Of a stretch of 64,000 nucleotides of DNA, positions 10,767 to 19,122 are shown piece after piece. The stretch spans positions 165,797 to 229,796 of the forward strand of contig CAZYLF010000001.1 in NCBI GenBank assembly GCA_964648765.1, given 5' to 3'. The position numbers were made by a program, and so were the translations under genes. Each line of letters opens with the position of its first letter. Position 1 is the first letter of the stretch. Origin of the DNA: an uncultured Candidatus Saccharibacteria bacterium. GTDB taxonomy: Bacteria > Patescibacteriota > Minisyncoccia > Phycocordibacterales > JACOZG01. A model generated the notes under the pieces. That model did no database searches, had not been told where the DNA came from, and was given only the letters and a program-made list of their open reading frames with translations.

Positions 10767-11096
10767 ATGAAGGCTACACTTACAAATTATCATCAAGCTC
10801 CTCGCAAGGTTCGCCTTGTGGCTAATTTGCTGAAAGGTAAAAAGGTTGATGAAGCCTTGGTGGTTTTAAACTTTATGCCTAAGCGCGCAGGCGCTCCAGT
10901 GGCCAAACTTATTAACTCGGCTTTGGCTAATGCGCTTAGTGATGGTAAAGTAGACCGCACCAAACTTATTATCAAAGGTATCACCGTTGATAAGGGTTTA
11001 GTTTTTAAACGTTTCCGACCTGCGGCTCGTGGTAGCGCTCACCCAATTAACAAGCGCACCAGCCACGTTAAGGTTGAGCTTGCTTTGAAAAAATAA
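10767..11096 (+). CDS. rplV: 50S ribosomal protein L22
   Basis: Length, operon order and ARGSAHPINKRTSH motif. Confidence 0.9.
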   Translation: MKATLTNYHQAPRKVRLVANLLKGKKVDEALVVLNFMPKRAGAPVAKLINSALANALSDGKVDRTKLIIKGITVDKGLVFKRFRPAARGSAHPINKRTSHVKVELALKK

Positions 11097-11100
11097 ATTT

Positions 11101-11763
11101 ATGACGCACAGTGTCCATCCATATTCACATCGTTTAGGTATCATCCGCGACTGGCAAAGCCGTTGGTTTGGCGTGCGTGGTAAATATCAAGAAATGCTCC
11201 GCGTTGATGTACTTCTCCGAGAGTTTTTAGAGAAAAAATTACGCGGATTTTTTGTGAGTTCAATTGAGGTTGAGAGAGGGGCTAACTCACTTAGGATCAT
11301 TGTGAAAACGGCGCGTCCAGGTATGGTGATTGGCCGAAATGGCGAGGGTTCAATTAAACTCAAGAATGATATCCTTAAGTTTTTTGCCAAAATTAAAGCT
11401 ACGGTGCCGAAGGAGTTTAAATTAGATATTGAGGAGGTTAAAAATCCTGAAGCTTCAGCCGCTATTGCCGCTCAATTAGTAATTGAGGCACTCGAAAAGC
11501 GTATGCCTTTCAAGCGCGTTTTAAAACAAACAGTGGAGAAGATTATGGCCAATCGCAATGTGGAAGGCGCCAGAATTGATGTTTCTGGACGTTTGGGTGG
11601 TGCAGACATTGCCCGCAGTGAGAGCTTAAAGCGTGGTCGTTTGCCACTCCAAACTCTCCGAGCCGACATTGATTTTGCTAAAGATGAGGCGCATCTTTCA
11701 TACGGTGTTATTGGTATCAAGGTGTGGGTGTATAAAGGTTTAATTTTCAAACAAGATAAATAA
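11101..11763 (+). CDS. rpsC: 30S ribosomal protein S3
   Basis: KH-domain S3 architecture (GMVIGRNGEG..., ARIDVSGRLGGADIARSE). 220 aa. Confidence 0.93.
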   Translation: MTHSVHPYSHRLGIIRDWQSRWFGVRGKYQEMLRVDVLLREFLEKKLRGFFVSSIEVERGANSLRIIVKTARPGMVIGRNGEGSIKLKNDILKFFAKIKATVPKEFKLDIEEVKNPEASAAIAAQLVIEALEKRMPFKRVLKQTVEKIMANRNVEGARIDVSGRLGGADIARSESLKRGRLPLQTLRADIDFAKDEAHLSYGVIGIKVWVYKGLIFKQDK

Positions 11764-11771
11764 ATACCACC

Positions 11772-12191
11772 ATGATGATCCCAAAGAAAGTTAAATATCG
11801 TAAGTGGCACACCATGCGCCGTAATGCCACTAAGGGCAGATTTGAAACTCGTGGTCTTGAAGTCTCCTTCGGCTCTTATGGTCTCAAAGCTGAAACAGCC
11901 GGTCGCGTGCGCTCCACTCAACTTGAATCAGCACGCAAAGTTATTTCTCGCTATATTAAAAAGGGCGGTAAAATGTGGATTCGAGTTTTCCCAGACCGAC
12001 CTTACACCGCTAAGCCAGCTGAAGTAGGTATGGGTAAAGGTAAAGGCGATCCACAAGGTTACGAGTTTCAGGTGTGGCCTGGTCGAGTGATCTTTGAGGT
12101 TGATGGACTTGATAGCGCCACTTCACGCGCGGTGCTCATTGAGGCAGGCTCAAAGTTGCCAATTAAGTCAAAAATTGTGAAGCGCGTATAA
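11772..12191 (+). CDS. rplP: 50S ribosomal protein L16
   Basis: MIPKKVKYRKWHTMR and KMWIRVFPDRPYTAKPAEVGMGKGKG conserved L16 segments. Confidence 0.93.
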   Translation: MMIPKKVKYRKWHTMRRNATKGRFETRGLEVSFGSYGLKAETAGRVRSTQLESARKVISRYIKKGGKMWIRVFPDRPYTAKPAEVGMGKGKGDPQGYEFQVWPGRVIFEVDGLDSATSRAVLIEAGSKLPIKSKIVKRV

Positions 12192-12200
12192 TTTTTAAAC

Positions 12201-12389
12201 ATGGCTAAGAAAACCGTAAAAGTTATTAAATCAAAACCCGAGATCCTAAAGGAGCTCGGTGAAAAGCGACGCTCTTTACGCGGCATTCGCTTTGGTGAGG
12301 CCGGAAGTCGTACCACTAACGTTAAGGCTCAGAAGGGCTTGCGCAGAGAAATTGCTGTGCTACTCTCACAGTTACCTACTGCCAAATAA
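12201..12389 (+). CDS. rpmC: 50S ribosomal protein L29
   Basis: 62 aa helical protein between rplP and rpsQ. Confidence 0.82.
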   Translation: MAKKTVKVIKSKPEILKELGEKRRSLRGIRFGEAGSRTTNVKAQKGLRREIAVLLSQLPTAK

Positions 12390-12392
12390 TTT

Positions 12393-12638
12393 ATGAAAAC
12401 CGAAAACGTAAAAACAGGTAAAATTTTGGAAGGCGTCGTTGTCTCCGACAAAATGGCTAAAACCGTAGTTGTTTTGGTGAAGCGTTTTGTGAAGCACCCT
12501 AAGTACGGTAAGTTTATGACCATCTCTGATCGTTATAAGGCACACGACGAAGCCAATGCCTTTAAGGTAGGGGATAAGGTAAAAATCCGAAGCACTCGAC
12601 CTCTCTCTAAAGATAAGTTTTTTGAAGTTATAAATTAA
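12393..12638 (+). CDS. rpsQ: 30S ribosomal protein S17
   Basis: [19 protein letters not shown]...[17 protein letters not shown]-fold S17 pattern. Confidence 0.9.
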   Translation: MKTENVKTGKILEGVVVSDKMAKTVVVLVKRFVKHPKYGKFMTISDRYKAHDEANAFKVGDKVKIRSTRPLSKDKFFEVIN

Positions 12639-12640
12639 TC

Positions 12641-13012
12641 ATGATTCAACCACGTTCCATCGTAAAAATTGCAGATAACACCGGTGCCAAACTCGGACGT
12701 ATTTTTAAAGTGCTTGGAGGCTCTAAGCGTCGTTATGCCGAGATTGGTGATTTGGTAATTCTCTCTATTCAAACTGCTGATCCAAAAAAAGCGGTGAAGA
12801 AAAAGGACGTGGTGCAAGGTTTGGTGGTTCGTCAGAAAAAGGCTTTCCGTCGTAAAGATGGATCTTACGTGCGCTTTGATGAAAATGCCGTAATTATTTT
12901 AGAAAAAGGGAAGCAAGATCCAATTGGCGCGCGCGTTTTCGGTCCGATCCCACGCGAGATTGCCGAACTTGGTTATCAGAAAATTGTGTCGCTAGCCCCA
13001 GAAATTGTATAA
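12641..13012 (+). CDS. rplN: 50S ribosomal protein L14
   Basis: MIQPRSIVKIADNTGAK...GPIPREI hallmark L14 sequence. 123 aa. Confidence 0.95.
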   Translation: MIQPRSIVKIADNTGAKLGRIFKVLGGSKRRYAEIGDLVILSIQTADPKKAVKKKDVVQGLVVRQKKAFRRKDGSYVRFDENAVIILEKGKQDPIGARVFGPIPREIAELGYQKIVSLAPEIV

Positions 13013-13021
13013 ATAACTACC

Positions 13022-13330
13022 ATGACAAGAATTAAAAAAGGCGACAATATTGTGGTGATAACAGGTAAGGACGCTGGCAAAAAGGCCAAAGTTTTAAAAA
13101 TGTTAAATAAAAGCGGAAAGCTTTTGGCTGAAGGTGTTAATGTTTCAAAGCGTCGTCAAAAGCCTCGTAAGAGTAACGAGAAGGGTCAAACTTTAGAGAA
13201 GGCTCTCCCTATTAACGTTTCAAATGTTTTGCCATGGTGCTCCACTTGCGCTAAGGGGGTGCGCGTGGGTTCAAAAATGATTAAAAATAATAAGGTCCGA
13301 ATTTGCCGAGGTTGCGAGAAAGAAATATAA
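13022..13330 (+). CDS. rplX: 50S ribosomal protein L24 (with C-terminal CxxC...CxxC zinc-ribbon-like motif)
   Basis: KKGDNIVVITGKDAGKKAKV KOW motif. C-terminal CSTCAKG...CRGC. Confidence 0.88.
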   Translation: MTRIKKGDNIVVITGKDAGKKAKVLKMLNKSGKLLAEGVNVSKRRQKPRKSNEKGQTLEKALPINVSNVLPWCSTCAKGVRVGSKMIKNNKVRICRGCEKEI

Positions 13331-13332
13331 AC

Positions 13333-13869
13333 ATGAGTTTAACTAAAGATAAAATTAAAAAAGGCGAGGCGGAACTCAAGAAGACTTTGGGGGTAAAAAG
13401 CGTGATGGCTTTGCCACGCATTACCAAAGTGGTGGTGAGCGCTGGTGTAGGTAAAATGTGCGAGAAAAAGCAATTAGAATTAATTGCTGATCGCTTTGCC
13501 AAAATCACAGGCCAAAAGGCTTCACTTCGTGGCGCTAAAAAGTCAGTGGCCTCATTTAAAGTGCGTCAGGGTGAGACAGTAGGGATGATGACCACGCTCC
13601 GTGGCGCGCGGATGTGGGGCTTTCTTGATAAGCTATTTAACGTGGCGGTGCCTCGTATGCGTGACTTCCGAGGATTTAATGAGACATCTATTTCCGATTC
13701 TGGCACGCTTAGCTTGGGCTTTAAAGAGCACACTATTTTCCCTGAGACGGCTGATGAAGAGGCCAAAGACATTTTCGGCTTTGCTGTAAGTATTGTTACT
13801 ACGGCCAAAACTAAAAAGGAGGCCCTGGCTCTTTTTCACACCATTCACTTACCTTTCAAAAAGGCCTAA
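13333..13869 (+). CDS. rplE: 50S ribosomal protein L5
   Basis: ORF track starts at 13303, overlapping rplX. The internal ATG at 13333 gives an L5-like N-terminus (MSLTKDK...PRITKVVVSAGVGK) and a 3-nt gap after rplX. Confidence 0.9.
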   Translation: MSLTKDKIKKGEAELKKTLGVKSVMALPRITKVVVSAGVGKMCEKKQLELIADRFAKITGQKASLRGAKKSVASFKVRQGETVGMMTTLRGARMWGFLDKLFNVAVPRMRDFRGFNETSISDSGTLSLGFKEHTIFPETADEEAKDIFGFAVSIVTTAKTKKEALALFHTIHLPFKKA

Positions 13870-13881
13870 ATTTAACTTGGA

Positions 13882-13910
13882 AACTGCATTCGAAAGGGTG
13901 CAGTTTTTTC
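13882..13910 (+). terminator. rho-independent terminator after rplE, inside the ribosomal operon
   Basis: AACTGCA (13882-88), a 10-nt loop, TGCAGTT (13898-13904), then TTTTTT. Confidence 0.6.
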
Positions 13911-14025
13911 TTTTGTAAAATATCAAGGTTCGATCTCGCTCGGGTAACAGCTTAGTCCACCTCATGTGTGCGGTGGGTCTCCGCTTGAGTGTAAATTAAA
14001 AATTTGCTATTAATTAGTGTGGGAA

Positions 14026-14049
14026 CTTACTCAAAACGTTTTGAGTAAG
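14026..14049. promoter_or_regulatory. perfect 24-bp palindrome (candidate operator) upstream of inserted ORF
   Basis: CTTACTCAAAAC|GTTTTGAGTAAG, 22 nt upstream of the ATG at 14072. Confidence 0.35.
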
Positions 14050-14071
14050 CGGGTCATTTAGAAAAGGGGTA

Positions 14072-14407
14072 ATGATCATGGGGTACTTTGATGATGCGGT
14101 TGCCAGATTGGACACCCGAACACCGGAGCAGCGAGCGGCTGATGAGAAGTTTTGTCGTCAGGCGCGAGCCAAAGAGAAAGCAATGCGCTTTCAGTTGCCA
14201 CCCTACCTTTACGTCTACGGTCAAAGGGTGACGGTGGTTTACAGTGGCAAGTTGGTTTTGGCTAAACCGGGCAGGTACACGGCGATTATTACTGATTGGG
14301 TTGAAGAGAACCCAATTAGACGAATTAGCGCCAAAATCTGTTTTACTAGCCTGAAGGGGGATGTTTGGCACAATTACAACATCGCCCTCGAGGACATTGT
14401 GAAGTAA
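14072..14407 (+). CDS. hypothetical protein inserted between rplE and rpsZ
   Basis: 111 aa ORF with an RBS-like AAAAGGGG 5 nt upstream, bounded by terminator hairpins on both sides. No recognisable motifs. Confidence 0.5.
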   Translation: MIMGYFDDAVARLDTRTPEQRAADEKFCRQARAKEKAMRFQLPPYLYVYGQRVTVVYSGKLVLAKPGRYTAIITDWVEENPIRRISAKICFTSLKGDVWHNYNIALEDIVK

Positions 14408-14425
14408 ACATTAGGTAAATATTAT

Positions 14426-14462
14426 CCGCTGGAGTTCTAAACTCCAGCGGGTCTTTTGTTTG
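14426..14462 (+). terminator. strong rho-independent terminator
   Basis: CCGCTGGAGTT, a CTAA loop, AACTCCAGCGG (11-bp perfect stem), followed by GTCTTTTGTTT. Confidence 0.7.
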
Positions 14463-14537
14463 TTGACTTCCCTTACGTTTGTTGATAGCATGCTCTTGGC
14501 TCAGTGGAGCCTTTTTATTTACACCTTTCCTTAATTT

Positions 14538-14723
14538 ATGGCGAAAACATCGGTAAAAGCACGGGCAGCCAAAAAGCCCAAATTTAGCACACGGGTAGTC
14601 CGACGTTGTTTTCGTTGTGGTCGTAAGAGGGGATATATGAGAGACTTCACACTCTGCCGTATTTGTTTCCGCGAGTTAGCTAATGAGGGTAAAATCCCAG
14701 GTATTCGCAAATCTTCTTGGTAA
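14538..14723 (+). CDS. rpsZ: 30S ribosomal protein S14 type Z (zinc-binding)
   Basis: 61 aa with CFRCGRKRGYMRDFTLCRICFRE, the CxxC...CxxC S14 Z-type signature. Confidence 0.9.
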   Translation: MAKTSVKARAAKKPKFSTRVVRRCFRCGRKRGYMRDFTLCRICFRELANEGKIPGIRKSSW

Positions 14724-14737
14724 TTTAAATCTGAATC

Positions 14738-15133
14738 ATGATCAACGATCCTCTTTCCAACATGTTAATTAGTTTAAAGAACGCCGCTATGGTGAAGATT
14801 CCTAGCGTCGAAGTTCCTTTTTCAAACCTTAAATCAAACGTCGCCGACGTGCTCATGGCCGAGGGTTACATTACTCGATCGGTTAAAAAGGGTAAAAAGA
14901 TCAAAAAAACTTTAGAGATGGATATTGCCTACAGTGCTTCTGGTCAACCTAAAATTCAAGAGGTTAAGAGGATTTCCAAACCATCTCGTCGAGTTTATAT
15001 TTCTCATAAGGAGATTATTCCAGTGCGTCGCGGTTATGGTCGTTTAATTCTCTCAACCCCTAAGGGTATTCTCACTGGAGACAATGCTCGCAAAGCGGGG
15101 GTGGGTGGTGAGGCTTTATTTAAAATCTGGTAA
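14738..15133 (+). CDS. rpsH: 30S ribosomal protein S8
   Basis: MINDPLSNMLISLKNA start and the GEALFKIW C-terminus typical of S8. Confidence 0.93.
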   Translation: MINDPLSNMLISLKNAAMVKIPSVEVPFSNLKSNVADVLMAEGYITRSVKKGKKIKKTLEMDIAYSASGQPKIQEVKRISKPSRRVYISHKEIIPVRRGYGRLILSTPKGILTGDNARKAGVGGEALFKIW

Positions 15134-15142
15134 TTTTCAACC

Positions 15143-15679
15143 ATGTCACGTTTAGCTAAAAAACCGATAATGATCCCAGAAAAAGTTAAAGTCGCTATTG
15201 AAGCGGGTAATTTTACCGTAACTGGGCCACTTGGTAATTTAATTTTAAAAATGAATTCTTTAGTAAATGTGAAGATTTCTGATAACCAAATTGAGTTAAG
15301 CTCAGTTGGCAGCTCACTCCGTGCTCGCGCACTTCTTGGCACCTACGCTTCTCATATTAAAAATATGGTAGCAGGAGTAGTGTCTGGTTTTAAAAAGCAG
15401 TTATTAATTGAAGGCGTAGGTTTTAAGGTCGCTCAAGCGGGTAATACTCTTACCTTTAACCTTGGTTTTTCTCACCCAATTAAAGTTGAGGTGCCAAAGA
15501 CTCTTAAGGTCACCACAGATAAAGGCGAGATCCATATCTCTGGCGCATCAAAAGAGGAGGTCGGACAATTTTCTGCAGAGATCCGCGCTCTTAAAAAACC
15601 AGAGCCTTACAAGGGTAAGGGTATCCGCTACAGCGACGAGGTGATCTTACGCAAACAAGGTAAAAAGGTTGTAGCCTAA
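15143..15679 (+). CDS. rplF: 50S ribosomal protein L6
   Basis: MSRLAKKPI...VTVTGPLG two-domain L6 pattern. 178 aa. Confidence 0.92.
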   Translation: MSRLAKKPIMIPEKVKVAIEAGNFTVTGPLGNLILKMNSLVNVKISDNQIELSSVGSSLRARALLGTYASHIKNMVAGVVSGFKKQLLIEGVGFKVAQAGNTLTFNLGFSHPIKVEVPKTLKVTTDKGEIHISGASKEEVGQFSAEIRALKKPEPYKGKGIRYSDEVILRKQGKKVVA

Positions 15680-15688
15680 ACTGAAAAC

Positions 15689-16069
15689 ATGATTAATCAA
15701 ATTTCTAAAATTAAGCGTCGCCATAATCGAGTAAGGTCTAAGGTGGCCGGCACCGCTCTTTGCCCACGCCTCGCCGTGTTCCGTTCCAACAAACAAATTT
15801 TTGCTCAACTCATTGACGATGAATCGGGTAAAACTTTAGCCGCTTCAAGTGGTGCTGAAACTAAAAAGAGCAAAGAAAAAATTGCTTTGCCTGAAGGGAT
15901 GGAAAAGTTCCGCAAAGTAAGCGAGGCGTTTATTGTGGGTAAGTTATTGGGTGATAAAGCTCAAGCTAAAAAAATTAGTAAAGTAGTTTATGATCGTGGT
16001 GGTAATCGATACACTGGTCGGGTAAGAGCGGTGGCCGAGGGCGCGCGTGCGGCTGGACTCAAATTTTAA
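15689..16069 (+). CDS. rplR: 50S ribosomal protein L18
   Basis: RLAVFRSNKQIFAQLIDD and YDRGGNRYTGRVRAVAEGARAAGLKF conserved L18 segments. Confidence 0.9.
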   Translation: MINQISKIKRRHNRVRSKVAGTALCPRLAVFRSNKQIFAQLIDDESGKTLAASSGAETKKSKEKIALPEGMEKFRKVSEAFIVGKLLGDKAQAKKISKVVYDRGGNRYTGRVRAVAEGARAAGLKF

Positions 16070-16072
16070 TTT

Positions 16073-16597
16073 ATGGATACAAATAATAATAAAAAAGGAA
16101 GAGACGGAAGAGACGGACGCGGCGGTGGCCGGGGTGGTAGAGGTGGTATGGGCCGACCAGCTCCTTCTGAATATGATCACAAAATCCTCGGCATTCGTCG
16201 GGTAACTCGTGTGGTAGCTGGCGGAAGACGTTTTAGCTTTTCTATTGCGGTGGTGCTTGGCAACAAAAAGGGCAAGGTTGGTCTTGGGGTAGGTAAAGGT
16301 GGGGATATTTCAGCTTCAATTGAAAAGGCGGTTAAGGATGCTAAAAAACATTTAATCACAGTTTCGCTCACCAAAACCCAATCTATTCCTCATGAAGTTT
16401 ACGCTAAGTTCTCAAGTTCCCGGGTAGAGATCAGACCGTCACCGGGCAGGGGTATGGTGGCTGGTAGCTCAGTACGCATGATTTTGGAATTACTTGGGGC
16501 CAGAGACGTTAGTGCTAAAATTTTTTCAAAGAGTAAAAATAAGTTAAACAATGGTCGCGCCACAATGAAAGCTTTAGAATCACTTGCTGTGAAATAA
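16073..16597 (+). CDS. rpsE: 30S ribosomal protein S5 with RGG-rich N-terminal extension
   Basis: dsRBD-like S5 core (VTRVVAGGRRFSFSIAVVLGNKKGKVGLGVGKG). N-terminal GRDGRDGRGGGRGGRGG tract. Confidence 0.92.
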   Translation: MDTNNNKKGRDGRDGRGGGRGGRGGMGRPAPSEYDHKILGIRRVTRVVAGGRRFSFSIAVVLGNKKGKVGLGVGKGGDISASIEKAVKDAKKHLITVSLTKTQSIPHEVYAKFSSSRVEIRPSPGRGMVAGSSVRMILELLGARDVSAKIFSKSKNKLNNGRATMKALESLAVK

Positions 16598-16606
16598 AAT
16601 TTATTT

Positions 16607-17032
16607 ATGCAATTACATAATTTAAAACGCCATAGCGGGATGAAGAAAAAAAAGATCGTTGGTCGTGGCGGTAAGCGTGGCACCACGTCTGGTAAGGGCA
16701 CTAAGGGTCAAAAGGCTCGTGCTGGTCATCGCATTCGCCCTGAGATCCGTGACATGATCAAAAAACTCCCTCGTCTCCGAGGGCGCGGAAAAAACTATTT
16801 AAAAACTGTTACCCTAATGGGAGCCGTAGTAAATTTGGCTGATATTGAGCGCCACTTTAAAGCTGGTGACACAGTAAATCCAAGCGCCCTTTTTCAAGCC
16901 GGTCTAATTAGCAAAGAGGGAGGCCGTTTGCCAAAGGTAAAAATTTTAGGCAAAGGCACTCTCTCAAAAAAGTTAACTTTTAAAGACTGTGAGTTTTCTC
17001 GCCCGGTGGCGGTTAAATTAGGTCATGAGTAA
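16607..17032 (+). CDS. rplO: 50S ribosomal protein L15 (directly follows rpsE; no rpmD/L30 gene between)
   Basis: LHNLKRHSGMKKKKIVGRGGKRGTTSGKGTKGQKAR L15 signature. Only 9 nt separate it from rpsE. Confidence 0.9.
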   Translation: MQLHNLKRHSGMKKKKIVGRGGKRGTTSGKGTKGQKARAGHRIRPEIRDMIKKLPRLRGRGKNYLKTVTLMGAVVNLADIERHFKAGDTVNPSALFQAGLISKEGGRLPKVKILGKGTLSKKLTFKDCEFSRPVAVKLGHE

Positions 17033-18296
17033 ATTTTGGCAAAAAATTAAATTAATATTTGCAGACACCACTCTTCGTCGTCGGGTGCTTTTTACTGGTT
17101 TTGCTTTAATTCTTTTCCGCTTTGGCGCGGCAATTCCTATCCCAGGGGTAAACACACTTGAGCTCGAACGCTTACTTTCTGGTAACCAATTTTTGGGCCT
17201 TTTAAACATTTTTTCTGGTGGTGGTTTAAGTAACCTCTCGATTGTGATGCTTGGAGTGGGGCCATTTATTACGGCCTCAATTATTATGCAGTTGCTTACC
17301 ATTATGTTCCCGTCTCTTAAAGAGATGTACCAAGAGTCAGGGGAGGCTGGCAGGCGTAAATTTACTCAGTATTCTCGCATGATCACTGTGCCACTAGCCG
17401 CCCTCCAAGGTTTGGCGCTCATCAGCTTGCTTACTTCACAAGGGGTAATTGGTGAACTTGCCCTTTCTCAAAAAATTGTAAACTTGGTGGTGGTAGTGGC
17501 TGGAGCTGTACTCTTAATGTGGCTGGGGGAATTGATTAGTGAGTTTGGTATTGGTAATGGCACTTCACTCTTAATCTTTGCTGGTATCGTCGCCAGTATT
17601 CCAAGTACGGCTGCGCAAATCATTGCCACTTTTGACCCATCTGACATCCCAATCTACTTAGGATTTTTAGTAGTGGCTATAGTGGTGGTGGCTGGTGTGG
17701 TGGTAGTAACGGAAGCGGAGCGACCAATCCCTGTAACTTACGCCAAACAAGTGCGAGGCAACAAACTCTATGGAGGCACTTCCACTTATCTCCCGATCCG
17801 TTTAAATCAAGCTGGTGTGATGCCAATTATTTTTGCTCTCTCGATTTTGCTTTTCCCTCAAATGATCGCGAACTTTTTTAGCACCTCATCGGTTGAAATT
17901 TTGAGTACTATTTCTGGATTTTTACTCGCGATTCTCAATAACCCATGGCTTTATGCTGGTGCTTACTTTATTTTAGTCTTAATGTTTACTTACTTTTATT
18001 CCGCAATTACCTTTGACCCAGCGGCTATTTCAGAAAATCTCCAAAAGGGTGGTGCGTTTATCCCTGGGATTCGCCCAGGTCGACCAACGGAAGTTCATAT
18101 TAGTAAAATTGTTACACGACTCACTTTAGTTGGAGCGCTTTTCTTAGGCATCATTGCGATGTTGCCACTAGCGATGAAGGCAGCCACTGGTATTACCGCA
18201 CTCGCCATTGGCGGTACCGGGCTTTTAATCGTAGTTTCAACTTCATTAGATCTAGTTAAACAAATCAACAGCCAACTCACATTGAGAGAATATTAA
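17025..18296 (+). CDS. secY: preprotein translocase subunit SecY
   Basis: 423 aa, 10 TM segments, with the GIMPII-like motif AGVMPIIFA and operon position after rplO. Confidence 0.95.
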   Translation: MSKFWQKIKLIFADTTLRRRVLFTGFALILFRFGAAIPIPGVNTLELERLLSGNQFLGLLNIFSGGGLSNLSIVMLGVGPFITASIIMQLLTIMFPSLKEMYQESGEAGRRKFTQYSRMITVPLAALQGLALISLLTSQGVIGELALSQKIVNLVVVVAGAVLLMWLGELISEFGIGNGTSLLIFAGIVASIPSTAAQIIATFDPSDIPIYLGFLVVAIVVVAGVVVVTEAERPIPVTYAKQVRGNKLYGGTSTYLPIRLNQAGVMPIIFALSILLFPQMIANFFSTSSVEILSTISGFLLAILNNPWLYAGAYFILVLMFTYFYSAITFDPAAISENLQKGGAFIPGIRPGRPTEVHISKIVTRLTLVGALFLGIIAMLPLAMKAATGITALAIGGTGLLIVVSTSLDLVKQINSQLTLREY

Positions 18297-18316
18297 GAGA
18301 ATGTTAAACTGGCCAT

Positions 18317-18517
18317 ATGGCAGAGTTTAATTTTGAGAACAGTGGTGAGGAATATTTTGCGCGCAGGGGTGGCCCAAAATCAAGTGTTTTGGTAAATTTA
18401 GTTTTCAAACTCTCTGGGGGCAAGGTCCGCACGACGGAAGGAGCTAATGCTTGCTTACTTGCTGTGGCGATAATGTTTTTCATCTTATCGGGAGTGGTGC
18501 TTTGGTACGGGCTTTAA
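18317..18517 (+). CDS. small hypothetical protein with C-terminal TM helix
   Basis: 66 aa ORF in the secY-adk gap, with a hydrophobic C-terminus. Could be noncoding. Confidence 0.3.
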   Translation: MAEFNFENSGEEYFARRGGPKSSVLVNLVFKLSGGKVRTTEGANACLLAVAIMFFILSGVVLWYGL

Positions 18518-18531
18518 TTAATACTTTAATT

Positions 18532-19122
18532 ATGAATTCACCACAAGCTTTTATTTTTATTGGACGATCTGGCGCAGGTAAGGGAACGCAGATTAATCTT
18601 TTGCTTGAATATTTTAAAATAGCTAAACCCGAACAGCGCATTCTTTATTCTGAAACGGGAGCATTTTTCAGACAGTTTTTGTCACAAAATACTTATTCAA
18701 GTCAGCGAGCGAAAGAAAAAAATCTTGCCGGTGAACGCGGTGCTGACTTTTTAGCGATTTACCTTTGGGCAGATTTCCTAACCAAAAATTATGAAGCAGG
18801 TCAGACTTTAATTTGCGACGGTTCTCCTCGTTCTTTAAACGAAGCTAAGGCTATGGATACGGCGTTTAAATTTTATAATTTTGGTAAACCCAAAGTAATT
18901 TATTTGGATGTGACAGTTGAGGAGTGTACAGCAAGACTTAAGCGTCGCGCTCGCCCGGATGATATTGCCCCAGGTGGGATTGAAAAACGTCTCGCATGGT
19001 TTGAGAGCGAGGTGATGCCCGCAGTGGACTATTATCGCCAAAGTGATTTTTATGAATTTATTGATATTGACGGCAATCAAGAAGAAGATAAGGTTCGGCA
19101 AGAAATTTTGTCTCATTTATGA
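18532..19122 (+). CDS. adk: adenylate kinase-like (divergent)
   Basis: P-loop IFIGRSGAGKGTQ beginning at the ATG at 18532; the longer 18451 start has no support. Position between secY and map is as in canonical operons. NMP-binding and LID-like regions are weakly conserved. Confidence 0.75.
   Translation: MNSPQAFIFIGRSGAGKGTQINLLLEYFKIAKPEQRILYSETGAFFRQFLSQNTYSSQRAKEKNLAGERGADFLAIYLWADFLTKNYEAGQTLICDGSPRSLNEAKAMDTAFKFYNFGKPKVIYLDVTVEECTARLKRRARPDDIAPGGIEKRLAWFESEVMPAVDYYRQSDFYEFIDIDGNQEEDKVRQEILSHL

Noticed and set aside
10462-12027. Numerous 60-150-aa antisense/alternate-frame ORFs inside ribosomal protein genes (e.g. 10462..10677, 11187..11390, 11472..11921, 11824..12027)
   Set aside because: These are shadow ORFs within highly conserved r-protein coding sequence. 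They have no independent motifs or translation signals.
13913-13990. tRNA-like fragment (GGTTCGATCTCGCTCGGG) after the rplE terminator
   Set aside because: It has a T-loop-like TTCGATC motif, but no acceptor, D or anticodon stems can be built, so it is not a tRNA gene. It might be a degraded remnant and is not called.
18451-18531. Longer start for adk (18451), start for recG at 36172, start for ftsH at 31954, start for pilin at 39209
   Set aside because: The upstream extensions lack RBSs, overlap neighbouring genes or hairpins, and add non-homologous N-termini. Internal ATGs giving canonical N-termini (P-loop at residue ~8, MAKKSKK, MTPDTL, MKRRGFTLIE) are preferred.
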